Shown here one piece after another: positions 1-12,752 of a stretch of DNA of 64,000 nt. Source of the stretch: Dictyostelium discoideum (Eukaryota); contig CM000154.2 of the NCBI GenBank assembly GCA_000004695.1, positions 96,001-160,000 on the forward strand, written 5' to 3'. How positions within the stretch are numbered: the stretch's first letter is position 1; every line of letters begins with the position of its first letter. Under the pieces are notes generated by a model, which worked only from the letters and a program-made list of their open reading frames with translations, did not search any database and was not told the DNA's origin. Made by a program: the position numbers and the translations under genes.

Positions 1-73
1 TAGATAGTGATAATTTACAAAAGAGTGAATTGTTTTTTTTAAAACATTTTTTTTTTTTATTAATTTAATTATT

Positions 74-1686
74 TTATGAACCCATTTGATCTAACATATT
101 TTTTAAATAATCTTTTTTATAAAAGTGTAAATATAAAGTAATGAAAACACCAATTAATAAAAATGAACCTAAACCAATTAAAAAATATTGTAAAGGATAA
201 ATTTTTGCATTTGATAAAAAATTTATAACCAAAACTAAAATAAAAATAATTGAACTTAAAATGGGTAATATTAAATGTCTAATGATTTGAAAGTCTTGAA
301 ATTGATTTAATCTAACATATCTAATCACTGCAATATTTGTAATAATAAAAATGATAATTATTGGAATTGTACCTGTAAAACTTAAATAATTATAAACTTC
401 CCAACAAGATTTTGCATAAATATTTTTAGTTGAACCAACAATTAATCCAATCATTAATATTATAAATCCAATTAAACTAATTATTGCGAAATGTGGTGTT
501 TTAAATCTTTTATTAGTTTTACCTAAATAAGAGATTACACCACTCTCTTTAGTTTTACCAAACGAATAAATTATTCTAAAAACAATATTAAACCAACTAC
601 TAACTACACCAAATCCAGATACTACACCTGCAATATCAACAATTATAGAGAACCAATACCCAACAAATCTATTTGCATATAGTTGAATGGGTGATTGATT
701 AACATTTATTGAAAATATATTTGAAGGTCCAACAGCAACAACCAATGAATACATTGCCCATATAAACCAAGTTGCAGCAAATGCAATTGAACCATAAACT
801 GCAATTGGTATATTCTTTTTTGGATTTCTAGTTTCTTGACCTAACGTAGCTGCACCTTCAAATCCAACAAATAAAAAACAACAATAAACCAAACCAGTTG
901 CAATACCTGAAATTCCACCTGAATTTTCACCAACTGGTGTGAATGCCAACGGATAATTACCTTGATCACCACCTTTAATAACAATAGAAAATGATAGTAC
1001 CAACATTACTAAAGTTTCTAAAATCATCGCAACTATACTAGTTTTCAAAACAACATCAATACCAATATACGCCAATGTTGGTACAATTGTTAATACTAAA
1101 AATGTACTAAGAATCCACGGACAATGAAAACCACAATACCTTGAAATTAAATCTGAAAACCCTCCTGAAAATTGTAAAATAACACTTGAAAGAATTAATA
1201 AATATCCAGTAATTAAAATCCAAAAACTTAAAAACCCCATTTCATTTCCTAATCCTTTTGTAATATAAACAAAGAAAGATGCACTACTACTAATATACTA
1301 AATATTATTTGTTTATTTTTTTTTTTATTTTTATTTTTTTTTTTAAATAATTTTATTTTATTTTCATATTAATTTTTAAAAATAATACTACATACAGTTC
1401 CAAATATACTAATTGTATTTGCAATTGATAAACAACATAATGTACCAATAAAAACTGTAAATGGTACACTCGTACCTGCTGATGCTGCAATATTTGGAAA
1501 AACAAAAAAAGTTGCTGCACTTAATCCAATACCACCAACTGATAATGCAATACATTCAATTACACCAATAGTATTTTTTTTTAATGTATTAAATTCATCA
1601 TCAACTGTTATTCCACTAGTACAACTATCAAAACTTGAATTTGTACTTAAATCACTACTTTTACAATTTATTTTTTTTAATTCCAT
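74..1686 (-). CDS. APC-superfamily amino-acid permease, tandem paralog 1 (exon 1 1396-1686, exon 2 74-1297)
   Basis: Exon 1 (MELKKINCKSSD...LKKNTIGVIECIALSVGGIGLSAATFFVFPNIAASAGTSVPFTVF...ISIFGT) ends at a GTATGT donor. Acceptor ...tttag precedes YISSSASFFVYITKGLGNEMGFLS..., which continues into ORF 74-1240. APC signature F.GFEGAATLGQETRNPKKNIP is present. The N-terminal MFFFLF part of track ORF 1369-1755 is just poly-A translation; the real ATG is at 1686 by paralog comparison. Confidence 0.8.
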
Positions 1687-2174
1687 ACTGGATCCATAAT
1701 TAAAAAAAAAAAAAAAAAAAGGAAAAAAAAAAAAATGGAATAAAAAAAAAAACAATCACATTTATATTTAAATATAATATTAAATTAAATATATAATAAA
1801 AATAGTTATTTTTATTTTTATTTTTTTTAATCCAATTTTGTTATCTCTTTTTCAATATATCACTAATTATAAAGTTGCTGATGTATCATTTTTTTTTTTA
1901 AGTTGAAATTATTAAGGAAATTTGTTTTTTTTTTTTTTATAAATATAATCTTTTAAAAAAAAAATAACAATAACATTAAATTAAACTTAACCCATTTTAC
2001 AAGTGTAAAAAATAAATAAATTAAAAAAAGATATAATATCTTTTGTGGGTGTGTGTGTTTTTAATTATGTTTTAATTTTAATTTTTATAATTTATTATTT
2101 TAATTGTAATATACAATAAAATAATTATAAATAAATATTATAACCTAATATTTAATTTTTTTTTTTACCAATAA

Positions 2175-3777
2175 TTATAAACTCATTTGATATAGCATAT
2201 TTTTTAAATATTCCTTATTGAAACGGTATAAAAAAAACATTACACACACACCCATTAATAATAAAATTCCTAACCCAATTAAAAAATAAGGAATTGGATA
2301 TTTTGGTGATGGATAAAAATTACCACCCAAAATTACAGTGAACAGAATTGCACTAAATATTGGTAAAATCATATGTCTGAAAAGTTGGAAATCTTTTGAT
2401 TGATAAACTTTAACATATCTAATCACTGCAATATTTGAAATTATAAATATTAAAATAATTGGAATTGTACCAGTAAAACTAATATAATTGTAAACTTCCC
2501 AACTCGATTCTGTATAAATACTTTTAGTTGAACCAACAATAATTGACGACATTAAAATTATAAAACCAGTTAAACTAATGATTGCATTATGTGGAGTTTT
2601 AAATTTTTGATTTGTTCTACCAAACCATGAAATAATTCCTTTCTCTTTAGTTTTACCAATTGAATAAATTATTCTAAAAACTATATTAAACCAACTACTA
2701 ATTACACCAAAAGTTGAAACTACACCAGCAATATCAATAATAACAGAATACCAAAATCCAATATATCTCTTTGCATAAATTCCAACAGGAAACTCATTTG
2801 TATCAATTGAAAATATATTTGAAGGCCCAGCAGCAACAACCAACGCATACATTGCCCATATAAACCAAGTTGCAGCAAATGCAATTGAGCCAAATACTGC
2901 AATTGGTATATTCTTTTTTGGATTTCTAGTTTCTTGACCTAATGTAGCGGCACCTTCAAATCCAACGAAAATGAATGTACAATAAACCAAACCAGTGGCA
3001 ATACCCGAAACTCCTCCGGAATATTCGCCAACTGGTGTGAATGCCAACGGATAATTACCTTGATCACCACCTTTAATTACAATTGTAAATGATAATCCTA
3101 AAATTACCAATGTCTCTAAAATCATTGCAATTATACTAGTTTTCAAAACAACATCAATACCAATATATGCCAACGTTGGAATTATCGTTACCACTATTAA
3201 TAAACTTAATATCCATGGACAATGAAAATCAGAATGCCTTGTTATTACATCTGAAAGCGAACCAACAAACATAAACATTGCGGACATCATAATTGCTAAA
3301 TATCCAATCATTAAAATCCAAACACTTAAAAATCCCATTTCATTTCCTAATCCTTTTGTAATATAAACAAAAAATGATGAACTACTACTAATATACTATA
3401 GATTTTTTTTTTTTTTTTTAAAAATTTTATTTTAATATTTTTATTTTAATTATTATAATTTTTAAAAATAAACTTACTTTACCAAATATACTAATTGTAT
3501 TTGCTACTGTTAAACAACATAATGCACCAAAAAAAATTGTAAATGGTACACTTGTACCTGCTGATGCTGCAATATTTGGATAAACAAAAAATGTTGCTGC
3601 ACTCAATCCAATACCACCAACTGATAATGCAATACATTCAATTACACCGATAGTATTTTTTTTTAATCCATCATAATGTGAATGATTATCTTCTTCATGT
3701 GATGAATTTATTCCTTCATTTTCAATTATTGCTCCCTCTTTTTGGAAATTTACTATATTACTATTTTCTAAACTCAT
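2175..3777 (-). CDS. APC-superfamily amino-acid permease, tandem paralog 2 (exon 1 3478-3777, exon 2 2175-3395)
   Basis: ORFs 3427-3777 and 2175-3338 are joined by a GTAAGT donor after ...SIFGK (phase 0) and a ctatag acceptor before YISSSSSFFVYITKGLGNEMGFL. Intron position and phase are identical to paralogs 1, 3 and 4. The product is about 506 aa with multiple TM segments. Confidence 0.85.
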
Positions 3778-4039
3778 TTTTAGATAATAAAAAAAAAAAA
3801 AACAAAAATAATAAAAAAAAAAAAATATTTAAACACGTATGTCATTTTTTACTTATTTTTATTTTTTTATTTTTGTTTTTTTAATATATCTCCCCACAAC
3901 ACACACCCACACTCCAATAATAATAGTTTTTTTTCAGAATTATTTAATATTAATTATTTATTCTCTATTTGCTTTAATAAAAAAATAAATAAAAATTAAT
4001 TATAACCAAATAATTAGTTGGTTTTTTTTTTTTTTTTTA

Positions 4040-4097
4040 AGATATAAAGTAATTAAAAGATATCCAATTATTTTGACTAAACTAATTTTAACTAATT
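4040..4097. promoter_or_regulatory. Conserved CCAAT-containing upstream block of permease paralog 2
   Basis: agatataaagtaattaaaagATATCCAATTATTTtgactaaactaatt lies about 260-320 bp 5' of the copy-2 ATG (3777, minus strand). A near-identical block recurs at the same relative position upstream of copies 3 and 4. Confidence 0.45.
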
Positions 4098-4159
4098 ATT
4101 TAATAAATAAATAAATAAATAAATATATAAATAAATAAATAAATAAATAAATTAATTAG

Positions 4160-4560
4160 TTTTTTTTTTTTCAAAGACCAATAATTTATATTATACTTTT
4201 ATAGAAGAAATTTTCATCATAAAAATTATTTCTTTGATTACAAATATTAATTAGGATACTAAAATCACCATAGTTTCGCCAATAACTAACATCAATGATA
4301 ATTTCAATGCTGGATTAATACCCACATAGGCTTATGCTGATATTAAAAGGTATGAATCTAGCATTTAAATTCTTTTACAAATGCTGCTATTATCCATGGG
4401 CAATGAAAATCAGTATCCCTCGATATTACATTGACTGTCGTTGAACTAAATTGAATCACCGTTTGCACTGATAATATTAAATAACCAATGATCATTAACC
4501 AAGCCGTTAAAAATCCCATCTCTTTTCCTAATCCTTCTGAAATAATACATATTATATATA
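4160..4560 (-). pseudogene. Internally deleted remnant of a divergent (copy-5 type) permease paralog
   Basis: Positions 4262-4560 are about 85% identical to copy-5 segment 9958-10210 (encoding ...EGLGKEMGFLTGWLMIIGYL...FHCPWI...). Positions 4190-4250 match the copy-5 3' end/stop region (8846-8900, gaaattttcatcataaa...aattatttctt). The two ends are joined with about 1.05 kb of ORF missing. There is no intact reading frame. Confidence 0.6.
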
Positions 4561-4674
4561 GTATCTTTTTATGTGTTTTTTTTATTGTTCTAATTTAATA
4601 TTTTAATTGTATTATTTAATAAAATAATAAATAAATATTAAAACCCTATATTTGTTTTTTATTTTTATCACCAA

Positions 4675-6275
4675 CTACAAACTCATTTGATAGAGCATAT
4701 TTTTTAAATATTCCTTATTGAAACGGTATAAATAAAACATTACACACACACCCATTAATAATAAAATTCCTAATCCAATTAAAAAATAAGGAATTGGATA
4801 ATTTGGTGATGGATAAAAATTACTACCCAAAATTACAGTGAAAAGAATTGCACTAAATATTGGTAAAATCATATGTCTGAAAAGTTGGAAATCTTTCGGA
4901 TGGTAAACTTTAACAAATCTAATTACGGCAATATTTGTAATTATGAATATTAAAATAACAGGGATTGTACTAGTGAAACTAATATAATCATAAACTTCCC
5001 AACTCGATTCTGTATAAATATTTTTAGTTGAACCAACAATAATTGACGACATTAAAATTATAAAACCAGTTAAACTAATGATTGCATTATGTGGAGTATT
5101 AAATTTTTGATTTGTTCTACCAAACCATGAAATAATTCCTTTCTCTTTAGTTTTACCAACTGAATAAATTATTCTAAAAACTATATTAAACCAACTACTG
5201 ATTACACAAAATCCAGAAACAACAGAAGTAATATCAATAATAACAGAATACCAAAATCCAATATATCTCTCTGCATAAACTCCAACTGTAAATTGAGATG
5301 TATCAATTGAAAATATATTTGAAGGTCCAACAGCAACAACCAATGAATACATTGCCAATATAAACCAAGTTGAAGCAAATGCAATTGAACCAAATACTGC
5401 AATTGGTATATTCTTTTTTGGATTTCTAGTTTCTTGACCTAATGTAGCGGCGCCTTCAAATCCAATAAAAATGAATGTGCAATAAACCAGACCAGTGGCA
5501 ATACCTGAAAAACCACCTGAATATTCACCAAACGGTGTGAGTGCTAATGGATAATTACCTTCATCACCACCTTTAATTACAATTGTAAATGATAGTACCA
5601 ACATTACCAAAGTTTCTAAAATCATTGTAATTATACTAGTTTTCAAAACAACATCAATGCCAATATATGCCAACGTTGGAATTATTGTAACAACAATTAT
5701 TAAACTTAATATCCATGGACAATGAAAATCAGAATATCTTGTTATTACATCTGAAAGTGGATTAACAAACATAAACATTGAACCCATCATATTTGCTAAA
5801 TATCCAATCATTAAAATCCAAACACTTAAAAATCCCATTTCATTTCCTAACCCTTTTGTAATATAAACAAAAAATGAAGCACTACTACTAATATACTATT
5901 TTTTTTTCAAAAATTTTATTGTTTTATTATCACTATTATTATTTTAATTTTACAATTTTTAAAAAATAAACATACTTTACCAAATATACTAATTGTATTA
6001 GCAAGTGTTAAACAACATAATGCACCAATAAAAATTGTAAATGGTACACTTGTACCTGCTGATGCTGCAATATTTGGAAAAACAAAAAATGTTGAAGCAC
6101 TCAATCCAATACCACCAACTGATAATGCAATACATTCAATTACACCAATAGTATTTTTTTTTAATCCATTATATAATAAATCATTTTCTTCTTTATTTGA
6201 CGAATTTATACCTTTATTTTCAATTATTACTCCTTCTTTTTGGAAATTTAGTATATTACTATTTTCTATACCCAT
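4675..6275 (-). CDS. APC-superfamily amino-acid permease, tandem paralog 3 (exon 1 5976-6275, exon 2 4675-5895)
   Basis: MGIENSNILNFQKEG...LKKNTIGVIECIALSVGGIGLSASTFFVFPNIAASAGTSVPF...ISIFGK is followed by a GTATGT donor. Acceptor ...aaatag precedes YISSSASFFVYITKGLGNEMGFLSVW. The exon structure is identical to copies 1, 2 and 4. Confidence 0.85.
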
Positions 6276-6524
6276 TTTTCGACAAAAAAAAAAAAATAAA
6301 TAAAAAATAAAATAGTTTACGCACTGTGAACCTTATTTTTATTTATTTTGTTTTTTTTCATATCCTAACTACAAACCCCGTACTCCAATAATAATAATTT
6401 TTTTTAGTATTGTTTATTATAAATTATTTGTTCATTATTTACTTTTTTATTTTATCTGAAAAAAAAAAAAAAAATTAATTAAACGGGTGCCGAAATAATT
6501 TTTTTTTTTTTTCTTTTTGTTTTT

Positions 6525-6585
6525 AGAGATAAAAAATAATTAAAATATATCCAATTATTTATAGTTAACTAATTTAAACCAATTG
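6525..6585. promoter_or_regulatory. Conserved CCAAT-containing upstream block of permease paralog 3
   Basis: agagataaaaaataattaaaatATATCCAATTATTTatagttaactaatttaaaccaattg lies about 250-310 bp 5' of the ATG at 6275. Confidence 0.45.
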
Positions 6586-6941
6586 ATCGATTAATTTTTT
6601 TTTTGTTGATAATTTCCAAATAATTTTTAAGTTTAGAAGCCGAAAAAAATACTTTTTTTTGGGTAATAATAAAATTGGCAAACTGTATTTTAGCTTTTTT
6701 GGTAAAATATTAAATAAAAAATTATAAAAATAATAAAAATACTCTTTTTTTCTACTTTATTTTATAATTTTTTTTTTTTTTTTTTTAATATCTTGTGTTT
6801 GAGAAGTAGATTTATTAAAGTAATTATATACAGTATCTTTTTTTAAGGATTTTTTTTCTAATTTAAATTTTAATTGTAATATACAATAAAATAATAATAA
6901 AAAAAATTTTAAACCTTATATTTTATTAATTTTATCAATAA

Positions 6942-8539
6942 TTACAAACTCATTTGACAGAGCATATTTTTTAAATATTCTTTATTGAAACGGTATAAAA
7001 AAAACATTACACACACACCCATTAATAATAAAATTCCTAATCCAATTAAAAAATAAGGAATTGGATAATATGGTGGTGGATAAAAATTACCTCCCAAAAT
7101 TACAGTGAATAGAATTGCACTAAATATTGGTAAAATCATATGTCTAAAAAGTTGGAAATCTTTTGATTGATAAACTTTAACATATCTAATCACTGCAATA
7201 TTTGAAATTATAAATATTAAAATAATTGGAATTGTACCAGTAAAACTAATATAATCATAAACTTCCCAACTCGATTCTGTATAAATATTTTTAGTTGAGC
7301 CAATAATAATTGCCGATATTAAAATTATAAAACCAGTTAAACTAATGATTGCATTATGGGGAGTCTTAAATTTTTGATTTGTTCTACCAAACCATGAAAT
7401 AATTCCTTTCTCTTTAGTTTTACCAATTGAATAAATTATTCTAAAAACTATATTAAACCAACTACTGATTACACTATATCCAGATACAACAGAAGTAATA
7501 TCAATAATAACAGAATACCAAAATCCAATATATCTCTCTGCATAAACTCCAACTGTAAATTGAGATGTATTAATTGAAAATATATTTGAAGGTCCAACAG
7601 CAACAACCAATGAATACATTGACATAGTAAACCAAGCTGCAGCAAATGCAATTGAGCCAAAAACTGCAATTGGTATATTCTTTTTTGGATTTCTAGTTTC
7701 TTGACCTAATGTAGCGGCGCCTTCAAATCCAATGAAAATGAATGTACAATAAACCAAACCAGTGGCAATACCTGAAATACCACCTGAATATTCCCCAACT
7801 GGTGTGAATGCCAGCGGATAATTACCTTGATCACCACCTTTAATTACAATTGCTAAAGATAGTACCAACATTACCAAAGTTTCTAAAATCATTGCAATTA
7901 TACTAGTTTTCAAAACAACATCAATACCAATATATGCCAACGTTGGAATTATTGTTACAACAATTAATAAGCATAATATCCATGGACAATTAAAATCAGA
8001 ATGCCTTGTTATTACATCTGAAAGTGAACCGACAAACATTAACATTCCTGAAATCAAATTTGTTAAATATCCAATTATTAAAACCCAAACACTTAAAAAT
8101 CCCATTTCATTTCCTAATCCTTTTGTAATATAAACAAAAAATGATGAACTACTACTTATATACTATTTTTTTTTTTCAAAAATTTTATAGTTTTAATATT
8201 ATTAATATTTTAATTTATAATTTTAAAAAATAAACTTACTTTACCAAATATACTAATTGTATTAGCAAGTGTTAAACAACATAATGCACCAATAAAAATT
8301 GTAAATGGTACACTTGTACCTGCTGATGCTGCAATATTTGGAAAAACAAAAAATGTTGAAGCACTTAATCCAATACCACCAACTGATAATGCAATACATT
8401 CAATTACACCGATAGTATTTTTTTTTAATCCATTATTTAATAAATCACCATCTTCTTCATGAGATAAATGTATACCTTTATTTTCAATTATTACTCCTTC
8501 TTTTTGGAAATTTACTATATTACTATTTTCTATACCCAT
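6942..8539 (-). CDS. APC-superfamily amino-acid permease, tandem paralog 4 (exon 1 8240-8539, exon 2 6942-8162)
   Basis: The start MGIENSNIVNFQKEG is assigned by alignment to paralog 3. The track ORF's upstream MRMDMKKTKNK... extension is probably 5' UTR. A GTAAGT donor follows ...SIFGK, and a ...ag acceptor precedes YISSSSSFFVYITKGLGNEMGFL. Confidence 0.8.
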
Positions 8540-8750
8540 TTTTTGATAATTAAAATAAAATAATAAAAAAAAAAAAAAAAATGCAAGCACTGTGTAAACC
8601 TTATTTTTTGTTTTTTTCATATCCATCCTCACCTCAAACCGATTGTTTATTATTAATTATTTGTTCACTATTTACTTGACCATTTTATATCTCATAAAAA
8701 AAAAAAAAAAAAAATTAAACCCTAATCCAAATAATTAATTTTTTTTTTTA

Positions 8751-8810
8751 AGATATAAAATAATTAAAAATATATCCAATTATTTATAGTAGACTAATTT
8801 AAACTAATTG
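8751..8810. promoter_or_regulatory. Conserved CCAAT-containing upstream block of permease paralog 4
   Basis: agatataaaataattaaaaatATATCCAATTATTTatagtagactaatttaaactaattgg lies about 210-270 bp 5' of the ATG at 8539. Confidence 0.45.
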
Positions 8811-8845
8811 GTTAATTTTTTTTTTTTTTTCCCAAAATAAATAAT

Positions 8846-10553
8846 TTATTTAATACTTTTATCAATGAAATTTTCATCATAAATAAAATTATTTCTTGGT
8901 GTATTAATTGAAGAAGTTGTTGGAATATATTCAGTGATATCATCATGATTATAATGTTTATTAAAATCAATAGGACCACTACCATTACCATTTGAATTGG
9001 AAGAAGTTGAAGAAGTTGTACCATCATGAGCAATCATAAAGCTCATTTTCTCTAATAAACCTTTCTTTGAACGTAAAATAAACATAATTATAACACCAAT
9101 TAAAATTAAAGCGCCTAAAGCAATTAAAAGATAAGAATAAGGTTTTTGAGGAACATCAGGATAAAAATTACCAACTAAAACTGCACTGAATAATATGGCA
9201 CTAATGAGTGGTAATATTAAATGATAGAATACATGATAATCTTGAGGTTGTTTCAATTTAACGTATGGTATAACGGCAATGTTTGTAATGATGAAAATTA
9301 AAATTAATGGAATTGTACCAATATAACTTAGATAACCATAAATTCTCCAAGAATTGTCAGTGTAAATACCCCAAATCGAAGCTACAATTACCAAACTTAG
9401 AGTGACAAAGGTTGAAAAGGCAATGATTGCTGCCATTGGAGTTTGAAATCTTTTACTTGTAATTGCCAATTTATTTACCACTGAATTACAATCACTCTTT
9501 CCAATTGAATATAAAATTCTAAATAAATTATTGAAAGCACTTGTACAAACATTAAAAGTTGATGAAATACCCGCTAAATCCACTAAAATCGAAAACCAAT
9601 AAGATACATATTTTCTTGCAAAAGTTTCCGCTGGTGAATTGATTGAAGAGATAATGAAAATATTTGAAACACCAACAGCAACAACCATTGCATACATTGC
9701 CCAAACCATCCATGCCGATGTTAATACTACTGAACCAACCACCGCAACCGGTATATTCTTTTTTGGATTTCTAGTTTCTGCACCCAATGTTGCAGCAACT
9801 TCAAAACCAATGAAAACAAGTACACAATAAACCAAACCTCTTGCAATACCTGAAACTCCACCTGAATAATCACCAGCTGGTGTGAATGCTAATGGATAAT
9901 TACCTTGATCACCACCTTTGATTACAACTATCAATGTGAAAACTAAAATCACCAAAGTTTCACCAATTACCAATATCAATGATAATTTCAATGCTGGATT
10001 AATACCCACATAGGCTAATACTGATATGAATAGTATAACAAATGCTGCTGCCATAATCCATGGACAATGAAAATCAGTATTCCTCGATATTACATCGGCT
10101 GTCGTTGAACTAAATTGAATCACCGTTTGTACTGATAATGTTAAATAACCAATGATCATTAACCAACCCGTTAAAAATCCCATCTCTTTTCCTAATCCTT
10201 CTGAAACATAACTATAGAATGATGATGATGTACTAATATATCTACCAAATGTACTAATCGTTGATGACATTGATAAACAACATAATGTAGCTATCATCAA
10301 TGTAAATGGTACACTACTACCTGCAACCATAGCAATTTGTGGGAATACAAATAAAATACCTGTTGTTGGTCCAACCCCTCCAATTGAAAATGCTATACAG
10401 TGAATTAATCCTAATGTATTCTTTTTTAATTCTTTACCATTACCATTACCATTATTATTATTATTATTATTATTATTTTTATCTTCGTTTGTTGATGCAA
10501 ATATATCGGAATGATCTTCTTCTTCAATTTTAAATACCATTTTACTATTATTA

Positions 10554-10635
<82 letters not shown>

Positions 10636-10843
10636 TTATGAATGATGATAATAATGGTACTTTTATATTTTCATTATCATTATCATTATAATTATTATTA
10701 TCATTTATATTATTATGGTTATCAATATTATTTTTATTATTATTATTATTATAATTATTATTATTATTACCACTATTTAAAGTGGTGGTTCTTTTTCCAT
10801 TATTGGATTTTACTGCATCTTTTGAAACAATACGACCACTCAT
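8846..10843 (-). CDS. Divergent intron-less APC-superfamily amino-acid permease paralog 5 with an Asn-rich N-terminal extension
   Basis: A single 665-aa ORF holds the same APC core (LKKNTLGLIHCIAFSIGGVGPTTGILFVFPQIAMVAGSSVPF...GFEVAATLGAETRNPKKNIP) at about 55% identity to copies 1-4. The position where copies 1-4 carry their intron is read through (FGRYISTSSSFYSYVSEGLGKEMGFL). (AAT)n tracts encode poly-N stretches. Confidence 0.85.
10537..10640. repeat. (ATT/AAT)n microsatellite inside the CDS (encodes poly-Asn on the minus strand)
   Basis: A perfect trinucleotide array of about 34 units lies inside paralog 5. Confidence 0.9.
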
Positions 10844-11316
10844 TATATTATGGGCGTTGTAAATAATTTATATATTTGTGTGTTTGAGGTGGGTAATCAA
10901 TTTAAATGGTAATTATATTTTTAAATACATATTATATACAATTTATAAGTAGGTTTTTTTTTTTTATTATTTTTTGTAAAATTAAAAAAAGAATTATGCG
11001 TGTGGTTAAACAATAAGGTGGTTAATATGTTGTCATAATAAAAAAAAAAAAAATTATGAATATAAAATTATTTTTTTTTTTTTTTTTTTTTTTTTTTATT
11101 TTTTTTTTTTTTTTTTTTTTGTTTTCCTGGTTGGTTTGGGAAATCAAAAAGAGATATTTTGAGTGTGGGAAAATAAAAAAAATAATAAAAATAAAAAAAT
11201 AAAAATTATTTTATATTCCTTTTTTTTTTCATTGAACCTTCAGTTCAAATATTATTTTTCACTTTACATTTTATAAATTCATTTTTAAATTATTTTTTAT
11301 TTCTATAATTTCCAAA

Positions 11317-11357
<41 letters not shown>

Positions 11358-11639
11358 GTTTATATATCACAAATAATAACTAATAAAATTTATTATCTTT
11401 TTTTTTTTTTTTTTTTTTAAAAAATTAAAGTTTTTTAAAACTATGTTTTTAAATAAAAATTCTCACTAAACAAAGAGTGTATTTGTAATAATGAATAAAT
11501 TTATTCCTAAAAAAAGAAGAATTTTTAATATAAAATGAATTTTTTTTTTTTTTTCCATATTCTTCCAAAACTTTAAATTTAAACAAAAAAAATAAAAAAA
11601 ATAATAATTTAAAACAAAAACCAAAGAAAATTTAAAACA

Positions 11640-12752
11640 ATGAAACTTTTAATGTCATTAATTTTGACAATTACATTATTATCAACAATTAATGTTAATG
11701 CAACAGAAACATGGAGATGTATTAAAAGTGGTCAAGGATGTTTTATTGAAGGTGATGATATCTGTCCAAAAGGAGAATATTGCAATCCAAATCAAGAAAC
11801 CTCAAAAAATGATAGTAGTACTAGTAGAACTGGTAATCCATTACCAAGTGGAACATGTTTACCATTAATTAAAGAAGGACAACCATGTTATTTATATCAA
11901 AGATGTGATTTTGGTTTACATTGTAAAATTCCACCAACTCAATTTCCAGGAGATCAATATAGTGTTGAAGGAATATGTGTTTCATCAAAGTTTTTAATGG
12001 TTGGTGAAAATTGTTCAAATGATTCAGAATGTTTAGGTCGTTTAGAATGTAAAAATCAAAAATGTACACCACAAGATTCTGAATATGGATATGAATGTTA
12101 TATGGATGAAGATTGCCCTTCTGGGAACTTCTGTTACTGGGGATCAAATAAAAATCTATGTAAACCTTTAAATAAAATTGGTTCAAATTGTACCTATGGA
12201 AATGATTTCACATTAGGTTCAATTTGTAGAAATAATAAGTGTATTGAAAAATTCTCTTTAAAAAATGGTGAAATTTGTTTAGAAAGAGAAGATTGTGAAT
12301 CATATACTGTAATTATTTAAATTATTAATATATATATATATAGATATATATATATATATTTATATATATTAACCTTAAAACAATATTATTTTTAAAAGTG
12401 TGATTATAATTTATTAGAAAATGGTGATAGAAATATTTCAATATTTAATAATTATTATTGTCAAAAAAAAGAATTTAATTCAAATGATTGTAAAAAAGAT
12501 GGTTGCAAAAATAATGGTGAAATTTGTGATTTTAATTCAAATAAATGTTTGGATTCTTATCCAATAGGTTCTGAAAAATGTAAATCAGCAACTAAACTTA
12601 GAGATTATTGTTTCATTAAAAATAAATGTCCCCTTAGAACTAATTTCAATGTTGAACAAAGAAATAAAAAATCATGCAATATAAAATATTGTGAATTTGA
12701 AATTAATAATTATTTAGAAAATTGCATTTTAGAATCAACTTATTGTAAATAA
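11640..12752 (+). CDS. Secreted cysteine-rich protein (signal peptide plus multiple Cys-rich repeat modules), 2 exons 11640-12308 and 12399-12752
   Basis: The N-terminal signal peptide is MKLLMSLILTITLLSTINVNA. Cys is spaced in C..C...C......C modules. A GTAATT donor after ...ESYT (phase 0) and an aaaag acceptor before CDYNLLENGDRNIS... are in phase and join onto track ORF 12549-12752. The intron is a (TA)n tract. Confidence 0.6.

Noticed and set aside
1369-1755. N-terminal MFFFLFHFFFFPFFFFFF extension of the first-exon ORF of permease copy 1, and the MRMDMKKTKNK extension of copy 4 (8540-8632)
   Set aside because: These arise from poly(A) tracts or the 5' UTR. Paralog alignment places the true initiators at 1686 and 8539.
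2720-2902. 60-66-aa minus-strand ORFs nested inside the permease CDSs (2720-2902, 5202-5402, 7469-7669) and the plus-strand ORF 9639-9830
   Set aside because: They are alternative-frame or antisense readings inside strongly supported permease exons. They are leucine/glutamine-rich artefacts with no independent start or splice signals.
10339-10866. Plus-strand ORFs 10339-10533 and 10642-10866 (poly-Y/H), and the similar 59047-59238 and 44578-44793
   Set aside because: These are translations of (AAT)n/(ATA)n microsatellites in the wrong frame or strand. They lie inside genuine CDSs on the other strand or frame.
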